A stretch of 64,000 bases of DNA from Balanoglossus misakiensis (lineage: Eukaryota; Animalia; Hemichordata): contig CM082582.2 in assembly GCA_040954595.2 (NCBI GenBank), positions 1,178,001 through 1,242,000 on the forward strand. The letters are read 5' to 3'. Shown piece after piece: positions 22,036 through 36,004 of the stretch (its first letter is position 1; each line of letters opens with the position of its first letter). Below the pieces are notes generated by a model. It had not been told where the DNA came from, did not search any database, and worked only from the letters and a program-made list of their open reading frames with translations. The position numbers were made by a program, and so were the translations under genes.

Positions 22036-25000
22036 GGAAACGGTCTGGTAATCAATGTTGTGACACTAGCATTAGGCCTTAAACCCCGGTGCGGAAAGTA
22101 CTGGGGTTCGGATTAACGTGTGTTTGTACAGTTGTTTATTTGGGAGTGGTCGTCGTGCATAATAACTGTGTAATTGATCTCATGTACATAGAAAATAATT
22201 GAACACTTTACACCTCTATGCGATTGACAGCTGTTTGAATGGCGTGGTTATTGTTTCCCAGGGATGCTTCTGAAAAGCACTGAAACCAGATTTCTCCCAA
22301 AATCATCGTTGTTTCAAAAGCTCGTGTACTTTTTCATCGATAACTTTATGTTGTGTGTGTTTATAAAGCCAACCACTGTCGTTGTGTGGTGTAATTCTTT
22401 ATGCTTGGATCTGTTTGGGCCGATTTTCATAGAGCCAAGATCGTTAGAGCCAAGATCGTTGGTGTTGTCTGTTGTCAGTCAAACGGCATTAAGATTTGCA
22501 CTGATTTGGGGGGTCTTTTATACCACGCATCGGGGTTTAATGTTTACGATATCAGGACAATTTATATCATATGAAGTTTTATGTATTCATAATTATTCAG
22601 AGAAGCAAATTTTTAAAAATGTGAAATTGTTATCAATCGGATGTGCACTGACAGCATGCTTATATGGAATACAGGTACTCTAACACAATCAGTCATAACA
22701 CTTTTGAATCATCAATAAATAACATATAGAATAATTTTACAGGATTTAATTATTTATATTTGAACGCAAAGCGTAAATTCCCTTGTGCCATGGAATTCAC
22801 AATCTGCAACTGGTGGGGTCCTTCTGCCAGTAAGAAGCATCAGATAAATTCTGCATGCTCATCACCGAGGCAATTTAGGTGTACTTTTGTACTTTGAGAA
22901 CTGTCGGTTTTCGCAACTGAAACTCTGCTCACAGGACGGAGGAAAAACTAGAATGACAACAGCTATGTAAGCTAACAAAAGAAACACAGAGCATAGTTCT
23001 CCATACTCATATTTTAATGCAATAATTTTTGCTGAAATTGGGGCGTCCGTGGGCAGGCAAAGGCAGTTCTAACTCAACTTGCAAATCAGGCCCATGTCTC
23101 TTGTTCCCTGAGACTGTCTGGTTCTAATAATAGCTGTAAGAACATAATCGTTGACCAAAGGGTTGGTTCAATTTTGCAACATTTTATGATTTCAAGCTGT
23201 GCAATATTTGCAACTCTGTTTCAACTTTGGTTGGAGGGATGATGATGAAGCCATTTCACTGACAAAATAGCACTACTAACTGACATCCATATTTGTTTAC
23301 AGTCAAATGCATTGCCATCAGAAAAATGCATACGAAAAAATTCTTATGTGAATAATACACACTTTCTTGCACAACTGCAAACTCTGTCACATTTGTGAAA
23401 TTTTAAGGAAATTCATTCATTGGGTAGCTTTATGAATTCTTAAACAAACTTAGTCATGAAACCTAAATGGTTACCTTACACATCTGGCGGCTCGACTTCT
23501 GTGATATGATAGTCTTCAATTAATGTGTATGTGATTCCATACAAATCCATATGATTACCTGAACGTACAAAATAAATAAAAAATAAAAAATAAATTAAAA
23601 ATAAATAAGTATCTCATACATATGCATAAGTGCTTGTGATAAATATATCCTGTATTTAAATAAACCTGTCATTTATTGACCTCGTTTTCCTATTAACCCA
23701 AAGGACTAGATTGCACTGTAATATTATTACAGCTTCATTTCAATGCAACAGGTACACTACATCATATTGGAGCAAATATGCCAGCTCAACATTGATATAA
23801 AGAGTGTCAAAATATTGGTGGCTACAAAAGCTTGTGTCCCTTCAATCCATCCTCGCACTCAGGTGAAAACGAACGTCATTAGTTTTTGGGAAAAAACCTC
23901 TGAAATCAATTTCGGTGAGGCCAAATGTGTTCCAAAGGCAAACCGTTTCTGGTAAACAAATCAATGGCAAATAATTACTTCGGCGACATACCAATCAGTC
24001 AACATGGCTGCCTAATCGTTGGATAGCCCGGTTTCATCTCGCGATCATTCTGTCTTCCGATATGGCGTTGCATGGTTAAATTCGTCTCTTCTTTGCCGAC
24101 ATAGTCAGGCGACAGCGGTCCAGAAGCATAGGCAGCGACGCCATCTTGTTTACAATGTGAAGTATCGACTGCGCATGCTCAATAATTTTCCGCGTTTTTT
24201 TTTTGCCAACGGCGCGCGCGCGGTGTCTGGTATAGAGAAAATAACATGCAAGTGCGCGGTTATTCATTTGTAAAAAATCAGTTATACATTTGTCATCAAC
24301 GTTTGAAAACTTTCAATGATCTTACCTCGGTAAGCATTTCAAATAGGTACATTTTTATTTAGAACCATCGTATGTGGAAAATAATAAAACATAGAGTGGG
24401 GATTGGCCCTATGTTTGACTTGATCATACCCAGCTCGGTTTGCGTTTTGTCATTGACGAGGGTGTCAGACTTTTGCTGAGAGAGTGAGTTTCTATAGCGT
24501 AAACGTTTATCGACTGGACTTTCTGTGCGCCAACAATTACATTATTTGTGGCCGGGGAACACGTGCAACTTTTGATGACTGTTTTTCTAGCGCCGTGTTT
24601 TTATCTTACGACCTAGAATACCTGCTTTCGTCACCATGGTCTGCTCTGCACGTACTATGCTTTCCAGTTTATGTAGCTTGAAGTTGTACCACATTTTGGT
24701 TTCCGAGCTGTAGCGAACATAATACTATATGAAACTAATAGCTACGTGTTGACCGCAGCGACTGCGTGTTTTTTTTGTTGTATTCCCAACCTACAGTTTA
24801 TTCTCATGCAGCTCAGACTGAGGTCGCTTCTAAGAGAAAAAACAACAGCATATTTTGGCTGCTGCCAGACCAGGAATGGAAAATCTTGAGTGGCGCTGGG
24901 CTGCATTTCTCTGTAGGACTGTAGTTGTATTGTTCAAGGGTTCGCCAGCATCGCCTTCAGACTTGTTGTCATAGTCACTGGTGGCGGTTTGTCCTGCACT

Positions 25001-25249
25001 ACTCGTCGTTCTATTTGATGTGGTGGTATTATTCCCAGATGTCTGTGCCGAGGATCCTGCCCGTTTTCCGATTCTCTTCGTTTTGTCGGCCATTTGCTTC
25101 ACTTTTTCTGTCATTGTTGCGACGTCAGTCTCTGTTGTTGTTCGAAGGAGGCGAAAGTCCATTCACCATTAATAGCCGAATTTCCAAGATCGTCCGTTAA
25201 TTACAATGCGACGTCACGCTACCATGTCCTAAGAAAGACTACAGGGCAC

Positions 25250-25420
25250 ATTTTTTTATCTCGTGCGCACGACTTACGTGTGCATGTGATATTTTCTCGT
25301 GAACACGAGTGCGCTCGCAATTTTCTCGTGCGCACGAGATATGCACGAGATAGCATGTTTCTCGTGCACACGAGAAAACATCTCGCTGGAACAAGATACT
25401 ATCTCTTGCACAAGAAATAG
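25250..25420. repeat. cluster of palindromic CTCGTGCGCACGAG-type motifs, probable DNA-transposon subterminal repeats
   Basis: At least five CTCGTG/CACGAG units; TE origin is inference. Confidence 0.55.
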
Positions 25421-27448
25421 AATAACTGGCAGCCACTATGATGTCTGCCACAGGCAAATTTAAATATTCCACTCTGGATCTTCTTTCAGCCCTTCGGAAA
25501 ACATGAGCATTTATGAAATCCGGCTCTCAATTTTTCGAGAAGTTCCAGCAGTTGTGGTGTCGCCAAAAACGAATGTATGCCATTCCTGGCGGAAAAAAAT
25601 ATGCAAGAGACGCTTGCAATACACTGCCATCTACCTGACCGCCCTACATGCCTTAATGTAAGGTAGAAGGTCGGGCGGTAGGAAGAGTTCACCAAAAGAG
25701 GGCGCATTTTATCATCCATTGATTTATACTGTGTACGAGCAGAGAAGCCTCAGTGTTCGCGGTTAGAACCGTATCGGTAAGACAAAGACAGAAGAGTTGA
25801 CAGACAGCAAACCTATTCAGTTTATATAATATAATTCTTACTGTAAAACGTTCCCTGAATAAAGCCTTGTGCTCATAAGAACATTGAAGATTGTCGCATA
25901 CAGACCGACACCCTTTTATCTATTGTAGGTATTGAATAGAACGCTAAATACCTGTGTATTTCTTATTCATTAAGCAATGATGTAACACAACAAGTTTCGG
26001 ACAGTGTGAAGAAAGGGCCAAAGCACTCTTGCAAGTTAGTGTTGTGTACTCTTTTCCAACACTGCTGCAAGCTGTTCAGCACCTGATGCTGCTTGTATCT
26101 CCGATGACAAATGGACAGTCTGTGTGCTGTCAAAGTAAATCCATCAATTTTGCGGAGCTGAAAAGGAAAATGACAGCCTGTCAAACTCAAATCTGCCAGA
26201 CGAAATAGGGAAAGAAATGCATAACAGGTAATCCACCATAGTATGAATTTTAGCCAGCATCCTATGAAATGCGGTGAAACGGAACTGCAATTAATTTTAA
26301 ATGAATTCTGCTCAAATTGTTTTGTTAGTTCTCAACATTGGATTGGAACCGTTAAATATATTGTACCGTATAACATTATCATACAGGTTAGTATGTCAAA
26401 TATTTTTCCATTTGGCATTTTCTTCTTGAGGTCATTTCAACAGTATGCACACCACAGTTTGTGAGATATGGACAGAAACAAACAGGAATCTATGCAATGT
26501 TATAATAGTATATTATTGTTAACAAGAAAGCGGCAACTCTCTGCCTGGCAGAGAATAATGATAGTCTTTTTGAAAAAAAGGGCGTGCTGAGGATATGGTC
26601 AGTCAAAAACATACATGTATAAGGTATGCCTGAACTAATTTTTAACATGGTGTACATAAATATTTATGCATTGTCACAATGACTGGAGGTCTTTAAATGA
26701 CCAAGCTGTATGGACACCTCATTCAATGTTACATATATTTGTTATTACATGTTTATTGAAATTGCCAGTTGTCTGTTTTAATTCTGGCAGTTCTGCTGTG
26801 TCTTTTGTCTTGCCCTGACAGAATGCAGTAATATTTGCAGTACAAGAGGAGTGTCAGTAAATAGTGGAGCAATATCTTTCTACGAATGTACTCATGCATT
26901 GCTCCAAAGTGAAGTACATTCGCAAAACCAGTTTGGGAAATCGGGACTCTTTTCAAGATAATACCACATTTTTGTGGATGTCACATGACATGGAAACACT
27001 CTAGAATCACGATTGAGATAAGGTTTCGGTTTGATATACCACTTCCTTGTTATTTCAATCTGTATGTTTTCTTAACCCCCTCCCTCGAAAAAAGGTAATT
27101 GAGGTAATTGTAAAATTACCTGAAAACAAACAGGCTACTCTAGCCTCCATTTTATGAGGTTTGTGATGTAACATATTTTGAATTTCGTGAATCGATCAAA
27201 AGTTTCCGTGCACCAACTATCAAAACTATACCAACAAATAATTTGGGCAATTCATAAGGAGAATCTAGTGGGTCAGCGGCTATAGAACTGACGTAAGTGT
27301 AAGTATCAGAGGATTGTGGGTACGAGGCTGGGAAGAGCAAAACTCGAACACTCATGAAATCTACACGTGACGCCAAATTCTTTGTAATATGAACAGTGGA
27401 AAACTGCCATGCCATCCCTCTAAGTGCAAACTTCCAAAGATTTCAATC

Positions 27449-27526
27449 TGGTGATATTTAAAAAAAATATTTTATTCAAATTCATGTGGTGATATTTAAA
27501 AAAAAATATTTTATTCAAATTCATGT
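27449..27526 (+). repeat. ~39-bp direct tandem duplication
   Basis: TGGTGATATTTAAAAAAAA(A)TATTTT(T)ATTCAAATTCATG occurs twice. Confidence 0.8.
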
Positions 27527-27917
27527 TATAAATTAAACTTGCATCTATGATATAGAAATGACTCTGTCTTATATAACAAAAATACAAATAACTTGGTTAG
27601 ATGACCAAAGATTTCCCATCTCGAAAAGTTTCTACCAAAATGACTAACTCCAAATCTGCTAAGAGAGCCCTAGCAAATTTAATCACTGCACATTACTCTC
27701 GATAAAACGAAATATTGCGCATTCATTTTGTCCTTGAATTGAAATGCATGGCCAGTGTTCATAGACTTCACACACACAGGATGTTTAAGGAGTTGAATTG
27801 TTATTGACAGCGACCAGGTCGGTAGATTCTATAGGATGAAGAAAAAATGAAAAGACAGTCAGTACATAGCTAAATTCTCCTATACAAGGGCGTCTTCAAT
27901 TGGTACAGTGACTGACT

Positions 27918-27990
27918 GAATGGATGAATGAATGAATGAATGAATGAATGAATGAATGAATGAATGAATGAATGAATGAATGAATGATGA
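27918..27990 (+). repeat. (GAAT)n microsatellite
   Basis: Direct reading. Confidence 0.95.
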
Positions 27991-28873
27991 ACGGATGAGT
28001 CGTAATAATATGCTTCAATCATAGGGGCTTTGAAAATTATTAAAATAAAATAAAAAATAATGTACTCACAACCGACATTTATACAACAGACAGCTCAAGA
28101 AACTCCTCCATGTGTACAATACTTTGCCAATTTAGTGACAACATCAGCTTGCAGAGCACGTGAGCACCGCTTTCGCCAGCCTGTGGTGCCCGCATATCTT
28201 TTTTGTTCAGCAGTAACATGCACGACACATGCAGAGACACAAACGTCCATGTTGCAAATTGTAGATGAAAGCATCAGCTGCGCTGGTTTTATGGTCAGCA
28301 TCACTGGCTGTTACATGAAAACTGTTTGTCACATACCTTAACCAACATATACGTGTATCTGTATGGAAAGAAAGTAGGCTCACCCCCGGTACAGTATTAT
28401 TTTTTTTGCATGCACGCAATGGAATTTGCTAAACTGGGATCATCTGCGCGCATTTCAAAACGTGCTCGTTGCTTAACTTCGCGTGCTTTACTACTCACAA
28501 TTATTCCACTTGTGAACGAACACGTCACCCAATTTTACAGTGTAGCCATGTGGAAAACCGGTGACAAGGTAATATTTCATTCGAAGATCAACCTACGTTC
28601 AGAAAGTTTGCATTGTGGTGAATTCTCACTGCTCTCGCAATGCGGTCTGTGGCTCACTGCCGCAGACCGCATTACACGTAGAAATAAATTCTGTACGTCA
28701 CAGTTCGTAGGTCGCATAGGTCATGGAGTTAATCCATTATACATTGCGGCTTACAATTTCTCGTGACCCTCTTATCATGCAGCTTGTGTGTTACTGACCA
28801 CTGACGCATGTCAAAACACTCAATATTTTTTTTAAATTTGCAAAATCTTTCATTTTAAAGTTGTGATACTCAC

Positions 28874-29024
28874 TGCAGATAGCATTCTTTTCAGTAGGAA
28901 CTATTTCTGCTGCCATTTCAATATTGTCTGTATTCCATGTAAATATATTTCCTCCAATTGAACAGTCCCCCGCCAGAGCTGCAACCTCTTCTGCAGTCAG
29001 AACTTTTGACCACATGTATGTCAT
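28874..29024 (-). pseudogene. 5'-truncated exon encoding the C-terminal end of a pentraxin/LamG-like domain
   Basis: YMWSKVLTAEEVAALAGDCSIGGNIFTW fits the pentraxin C-terminal pattern (MW.RVL..EEI..LA..C...GN...W); ends at phase-1 donor A|GTGAGT; no acceptor found upstream. Confidence 0.7.
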
Positions 29025-32000
29025 TTAGTCAAGACAATTTGGGAGAACTGTAGTTTAAAGCCTCCAAAGCTGCCACTTTTTGCATTATTTTCATGATTTT
29101 ATTTTCCAACTTAAATTGGTTCATCAAAATAAGCTTACTGATAGGTATACATAAACATCTTATCGATGCCCGATTGTGACTGCATGTTGCAATTGGAACA
29201 TGCTATGTATTAAAACGGTGCCTCACCGATTTAATCAGCCTTCATACAAACAATAGCAGCTAAGCAGCTATCGTGAAATGCGACGCCAAGTGATGACAAA
29301 CCAATGCAAATGCAAGTAATATGGCTTAATGGTCACGGGTGAAGATTTTAGGGAATAGGGAATATACATATGAAGTATTTTACTCTGGAAAAAAATATGC
29401 CAATTTTAGCAGCTATAGGGTTTTTAAAGCGCGGGCGAAGTATGAACAGATGCAGTAAATATCGATACATTGTATTTTGGAGGTTTCTCATAACCATGAT
29501 TGGTTGGCTAATTATGCGGCGTTTTCTAAATAAAAGGAACAATATTAATTTATTGTTGGGGCTCACCTCCGTTAACATCTTGCCGTCTCTGCTGAGTTTT
29601 GGCCTCTTCCAGCGGCACGTGTTTGTCCTTTAGGGCATGCTGTAAAATATTTAGAATAGCGCTGCCATTTGATCAAAGGATAAGCTGGCTTCGAGTGTTA
29701 GGGATGTGTGTCTGACGACTATGCCTCGAAGCAAAAGACACAGCCGACCCTGCCACGCATATTCATTTGTTGTGTCACACATTTTCGATCCAAGAAGAGA
29801 ATATCAACCTTGACGTTGCGAAAATGACAAGAAACTTTCACTCATATAGGTTGTGTGATTACTTACCCGCAACTTGTTGGGAATTGCTGTCACCAGAGGT
29901 GCACACAGCGTGAAAGCCAGAATGACTGCGACGCCTGCATTGGATTCGTCATGAATGGAAACATCGATGAACACGTTCGGTCTTCGATGAGGCTAGTGTC
30001 CACAGAATAGGCATTCTTTTATAACGCAGCTGGGAGGTGGTAAATCCATTGTGATTACCATGCTATTAGTAGCCCAAGCAGTCAAACTTTGCGAAAAATA
30101 TATAAATATGGAAAAATATATCAATGGGATCAATAGTTATTAAGCACTTTTTAAAAACAAATGACACCGTAAGATCAATTATCTTGTTTTCCGCGACAAG
30201 TTTCAACATGGTATGTCAGCGCTACCAGTGAATAATATTATTAGAAACTATGACAGCTGTAACCGTGCGATTAATGATTTGATCAATTTTAATCATATAC
30301 TTGTAAATATTTGCGCGGGTGCTGGTTTAATAAACTGTGTTGATATATAGGTGGAAGACTGTTTAGTTTTCCAGTCAATTATGTGATGTATTACGCCTGA
30401 CGCTTAAATGATTTGGTCCAGGGAGAATAACCGCGTTTGGCCGGTCAAGCGAACCCTGGATCTTGCAGGCTCTGCCCACTTTCCAATCAACAACCATTGA
30501 GCATGCGCAGTTGATACTTCACATTGTAAACAAGATGGCGTCGCTGTATATGCTTCTGGACCGCTGTCGCCCGACTATGTCGGCAAAGAAGAGACGAATT
30601 TAACCAAGCAACGCCATATCGGAAGATAGAATGATCGCGAGATGAAACCGGGATATCCAACGATTTGGCAGCCATGTTGATTGATTGGTAAGTCGCCGAA
30701 GTAACTATTTGCCATTGATTTGTTTACCAGAAACGGTTTGCCTTTGGAACACATTTGACCTCACCGAAATTGATTTCAGAGTTTTTTCCCAAGAACTAAT
30801 GACGTTCGTTTTCACCTTTCTGTCCCGAAGTTGCAAACGTGTTGTCTCTGAGAAAATAAATGTGATTTGTACCCGCGATAATCATAGTTCGGATTTCAAC
30901 CCACAACATCAACGCCAGCCATTCACCAACATGTGCCAGATAATGTTTATCAGTCATATTTTCTCAGTCTGAATTTACAAAAGACTAATTGTATATTATG
31001 CACATTGCAATTTTAATATGTAACACGTTTGACCTGAGTGGGAGAATGGATTGAAGGGACACAAGCTTTTGTAGCCACTTATATTTTGACACTGTTTATA
31101 TAAATGTTGAGCTGGCATATTTGTTCCCTTATGATGTAGTGTACCTGTTGCATTGAAATGAAGCTGTAATATTAAAGTGCAATTTAGTCCTTTGGTTTAC
31201 TGGGAAAATGAGGTCAATAAATGACAGGTTTATTTAGATATATGATATATTTCTCACAAGCACTTATGCATATGTATGAGATACTTATTTATTTTTAATT
31301 TATGTATTTATTTTTAATTTATTTTGTATGTTCAGGTAATCATATGGATTTGTATGGAATCACATACACATTAATTAAAGACTATCATATCACAGAAGTC
31401 GAGCCTCCACATGTGTAAGGTAACCATTTAGGTTTCATGACTAAGTTTGTTTAAGAATTCATAAAGCACGAATTCTACCTAATGAATGAATTTTCTTAGA
31501 ATTTCACAACTGTGACAGGGTTTGCAGTTATGCGAAAAAGTGTTATTATTCACATACGAAACTTTTCGTAAACATTTTTCTGATGGCAATGCATTTAACT
31601 TTGAACAAATATTGACGTCAGTTAGTAGTGCTATTTTGTCAGTGAAATTGCTTCATCATCATCCCTCCAACCAAAGTTGAAACTGAGTTGCAAATATTGC
31701 ACAGCTTGAAATCATAAAATGTCGCAAAATTGAACCAACCATTCGGTCAACGATTATGTTCTTACAGCTATTATTAGAAGCAGACAGTCTCAGGGAACAA
31801 GATACATGGGCCTGATTTGCAAACTGAGTTGGAACTGACCTTGCCTGCCCATGGATGCGCCAATTCAGTGAATCTTATCGTATTAAAAATGAATATGGAG
31901 AACTATTCTCTGTGTTGTGATTGTTAGCCTACATGTATACATATGTACCTTGAGTGATTCCACTTTCTTCAGTGTCCTGTGAATTCAGTTGCCATAACTT

Positions 32001-35000
32001 GCGCTTCACACAGCGCATACATGTAGGTCTAATCAATTGGGCAACTGGGTCTTACAATATTATATGATGCCTCTTACTGGCCGAAGGACCACAAGTTGCA
32101 TTTTCACATCGCATATAAATAGAAAACCCATTAATTTCTACTGTATGATTTTATTGACGATTCAATAGTTTCATGACTGTTAGTGTTAATTACAATACCT
32201 AAATTCCCAAATGAAAGCATGCTGTCAGTTTTCATGTGATTGATATTAATTTTACAATTTCAAAATATGCTTAGCTCTGAATGATTATGAACATATCAAA
32301 CTTCATGTTAAATAAACTGTCTTGATATTGTATACATTAAGGCCTACTACCAGTGTCACAACATTGATTTCCTGCATTTTTGCTCATGCCTTCTGACCAG
32401 TCAGTTGCCTCTGTATGTGTGTATGTAGTATGTATGGATGTATGTATGTCTGTCCACATCAAAAACTTGAAAACCCCTTCGCGTATCCCCTTGATATTTG
32501 GTGTGTAGATGTAGGCCAGCCTGTAAATAGGATTTTGTTCATATTAAGAAGGTTGAAGTATTTTCATGATTGGTTTTATTTGATTACTCCAGAAACATAC
32601 AATACAGAGTCTGTGTGGTAAGACTTGATATTGGGTTTTTAGATGCAGGCACGCCTGTTCAAATGAAATATGCTAATTACCTGGAGCAATGTGAAATTGA
32701 TCAAAACTCAGAAACTCAACAACTGGTCAGATTGCTTTGAACATTTGTATGCATGTAGCTTATGTCACGCCTGATATACTTTCAGCTAATATCGTGAATT
32801 GTATCTAGAATTTAGTAAGCTATTTCCTATAGGTAATCTTTGTTAGTATTGTTTAAATTGTGGCAAAATTTGTAATTTTTGGGAAATGTAATTTTGTCAT
32901 TTTTGGTCAAAAATCATTTTCTCTGAAACTCCATGTCAGGTCAGGTTGCATTTAAATTTTGGTTTGCTTGTTCCATGAGGTAACCCAAGTAATGTTGTAT
33001 ATCATTTTGGTGAAATTTGCATATTTGTGGTCTTGAGGCAATTTTTGCAATTTGTATTCTTTGAAACCGCATGTCAAATTGCTTTCAATTTTGGTAGGCA
33101 TGTTCCTTGTGGTGATTGAAGTGAGATATTGTTGGATTTGTTGATATCTGAATTTTTGTGGTTGAGGCAGTTTTTGTCATTGTTGAAGAAATGTTGTTTT
33201 CACTGAAAATACTCCGATTCCTGTGAAATTGTATTAGGTTACCTGGTAGGTCATATCTGCTTGGCAATGTCACAGCGGTGTACACACCTATTTTTGTGTA
33301 ATCCAAAGTGTGTAATAACCCAGCAAATATTTACTAGTAAATCATGTATGTTCTACTTCTTACAAGGTTGAAGTATGTTGATGTCTGGGTTAAATGGGAT
33401 TCTTCAGAAACATACAATACAGAGTCTGTGGTACAGTTCATGGTCACATTCAGAATTACCTAGTCTATATCCAGCCGTGTTCTGTCCGCTTTGCTTCCAA
33501 AAGTATCGTCTAGTGTCATGCATGCCACTTGCCCAATAATCTGACACCCCTTGCTGGGAAATTTGATGTAACAAGTATCCCTTAGTGAAATTATTAACAT
33601 AAATTGAACAATGTTGATTTGGCGTAAGATTATAGTGAAGGCAGGGCTTATTACATTGAAAATGCTATCCAGCCTTAATTACACATTATGAATATCCTTT
33701 GTCCAATCATTGGAAAAACAATGTACCGTAGACTTGCATAGCACTTTGAAGGTGAATCGCAAGTGGTCACTTTAATTACATTACCTCAAGCAGTCTTTTA
33801 CATGTAGCTATAATAAGACAAACATTCCCAGTGTAATTAACATCACTGTTGTTATTAGTATCTATCTCCGATAAGTATCAAGTCTGCCTTATGTTATTTT
33901 AAGTCAATTGTCAGGTTCATGTACATATTTTACAACTTATCTATCTTGTCAAAAACTTTCGCATGTACCTAATTCTAGGCTTACCAGTAGGGTTATAGAT
34001 ACAGTGTATTATATTAACATGCATTAATATGAAACTAAATGTTGATGGTTAATTAAAGACCCCCTTGAGCTATGGTAACCTCATTAAATATGTGCATATC
34101 TTATTCTAGTGGATGTGGTAACCTGGACATGGACAACTCAGGGGTCAAAATCTGTTGACAAACTTTTGGGTGATCTTGGGTAAACTTTGACCTACATTCC
34201 TATATCTTGGCATCCGGCACAGATACATCCGTGACACTTGGAGTTATGGAACTATGTAATGGAATATTATGTCTTGCCTCATTAATTATGTACATACCTA
34301 ATGCCAGCCTAACCAATAGGGCTGGAAGTCTGCCTTTTTTTGGACATGATACATTTGAGATCAACATTTTTCTACAGCAGCCAGCCTTCTCTTAAAAAGA
34401 ATGGACAATATAAAGGCTTTGCTGGTATACTGAACTTTGGACTCCCTCCCTGAGACTGTGTGCCAATGACGGGATAGCCTACTCAGCGTTGGGTAGATCC
34501 TAAGAAGGCCTCAGCCAGGCATCAGATACAAAAAGCGGAAATCCAAGCTTTAATGGTGGGTTACATCGTTAACTTCCCTGCAGAGCTGATTTCTCAGACT
34601 GTGAGCCAATGACGGGTAAAGCCCCTAGGTAGGGGCCACCTAAGACAGGCCGGTCATGCTTTAGTCACAAAGAAGGGCAAGTTCAGTCATACCATAACTT
34701 TGTCTGCTGTATATGCTTCATAATGATTGCATGGTATTTTGAGAATACATTGTCTTAAGGCAGTGTGACCAGCTAAAAAGTACTGGCAAACACAGCCAAT
34801 GTGTAATAAAAAACATCTAATTTGGCTGAATAAAAGACATAAAACACAGCAAAAGCACTGTGACTAGCTGAGACATAATACTCCATTATGCATTTCCATC
34901 ACTCCAAGTGTCAAGGTTGCATCTGCTCTGGATGCCAAGATATAGTAATGTTGGTCAAGGTTTACCCAAAGTCACCCAAAGTTCTGTCAAACAATTTTGA

Positions 35001-35927
35001 CCCCAATGTTGTCCATGTTTAGGTTTCTCCCTCCACTTGATAGCCTACAATTAGATATGCAAATACTTAATGACATTACCATAGATTAAGGCGGTCCTAA
35101 ATTAACCATGAAATTATAGTTTCATGTTAATTCTTGTTATTACAAAACACTGTATCTATAACCCTTCTGGAAGCCATACTTTGTTTCATGCTACCCAATA
35201 TGTGAAAGTAGGTAAAAAATCAGCCAAGGTTATTTGAAATTTTGCTGAAAAAAATCCGGTCCCTGACATTTGGTAAAGGGGTCAAGACACTTGGCAACAA
35301 ATTGTTGTCCCAGATTAGAACATATTCATAAAAAACTCAGGGAAAGAAGGAAGTTTTTCACAGCTTTGGTGCTTCAAATAGTAGAGAGGTTCCCAAGTTA
35401 TTTCAATGAAACCTTAATGTCAACATTACATCGTTAGACTCGAACTCATCTGGCATAAAGCTGCTAGTTAAAGCCCTAAGGGTTGTGCCACTTTTTCATT
35501 ATTTTCATCTAAGATTTGTCAATCTAAATAAGCTTACTGCTAGGTATACATCTACATGAACATCTTGTTGACTGACGATTGTGGCTGTAATTTAAAGAAG
35601 TCAGATATTTAACAGGTACCACACCTGTTTAATCTGCCTCTATACAAAGGGTACACATCTATAGTGGTATGCATCACCTAGATATGACAAACATAAGCAC
35701 TACAAGTAATATGGCTTTATGGTGGCGATTTTGAAGGATGTGGAGAAGATTTGAAAAACACTCTTGAGGAAAAAGATGTGTTAAATCTTTGAAATGTGTT
35801 TTATTCTTTGGTTCCCATTTCGTATATGTCTATCTACCACTGGGACCAATGTGAAATTGGTGGAAACTGGTCAAATTGCTTTAGAAATTGGTGTGTATTC
35901 ATTTTGAGACCTCATGGATTTTTTTTC

Positions 35928-35971
35928 ATTTTTAGCTCACGTGAAAATCACGTAAGCTTATGGTTTAGCGA

Positions 35972-36004
<33 letters not shown>

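Larger units (their letters stand above)
15804..23477. repeat. second-level inverted repeat within the left arm (~740-bp arms 15804-16545 and 22745-23477)
   Basis: 22760-22990 is nearly the exact reverse complement of 16290-16525; counterparts in the right arm at ~31418-32130 and ~39070-40436. Confidence 0.88.
14139..24183 (+). repeat. left arm of giant inverted repeat
   Basis: Colinear reverse-complement matches to 30496-41667 at many anchors, e.g. 14139-14260/41540-41667, 15655-15840/40400-40587, 17150-17290/35780-35900, 18160-18760/34270-34880, 21000-21500/32950-33450, 23480-24183/30496-31415. Confidence 0.92.

Noticed and set aside
22083-22745. TTAA-flanked segment unique to the left arm as a piggyBac/Kolobok element, and ORF 22264-22683
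   Set aside because: No convincing TIRs, and the ORF has no recognisable motif.
26890-26970. Minus-strand YLEKSPDF resembling a Wnt motif
   Set aside because: Short match without the following Cys pattern; the frame closes quickly.
34605-34650. SECIS- or pistol-like motif (ATGA...AAA...hairpin...CCTAAG)
   Set aside because: ATGA-to-AAA distance is only 5 nt, and the second module lacks both the AAA and the pseudoknot option.
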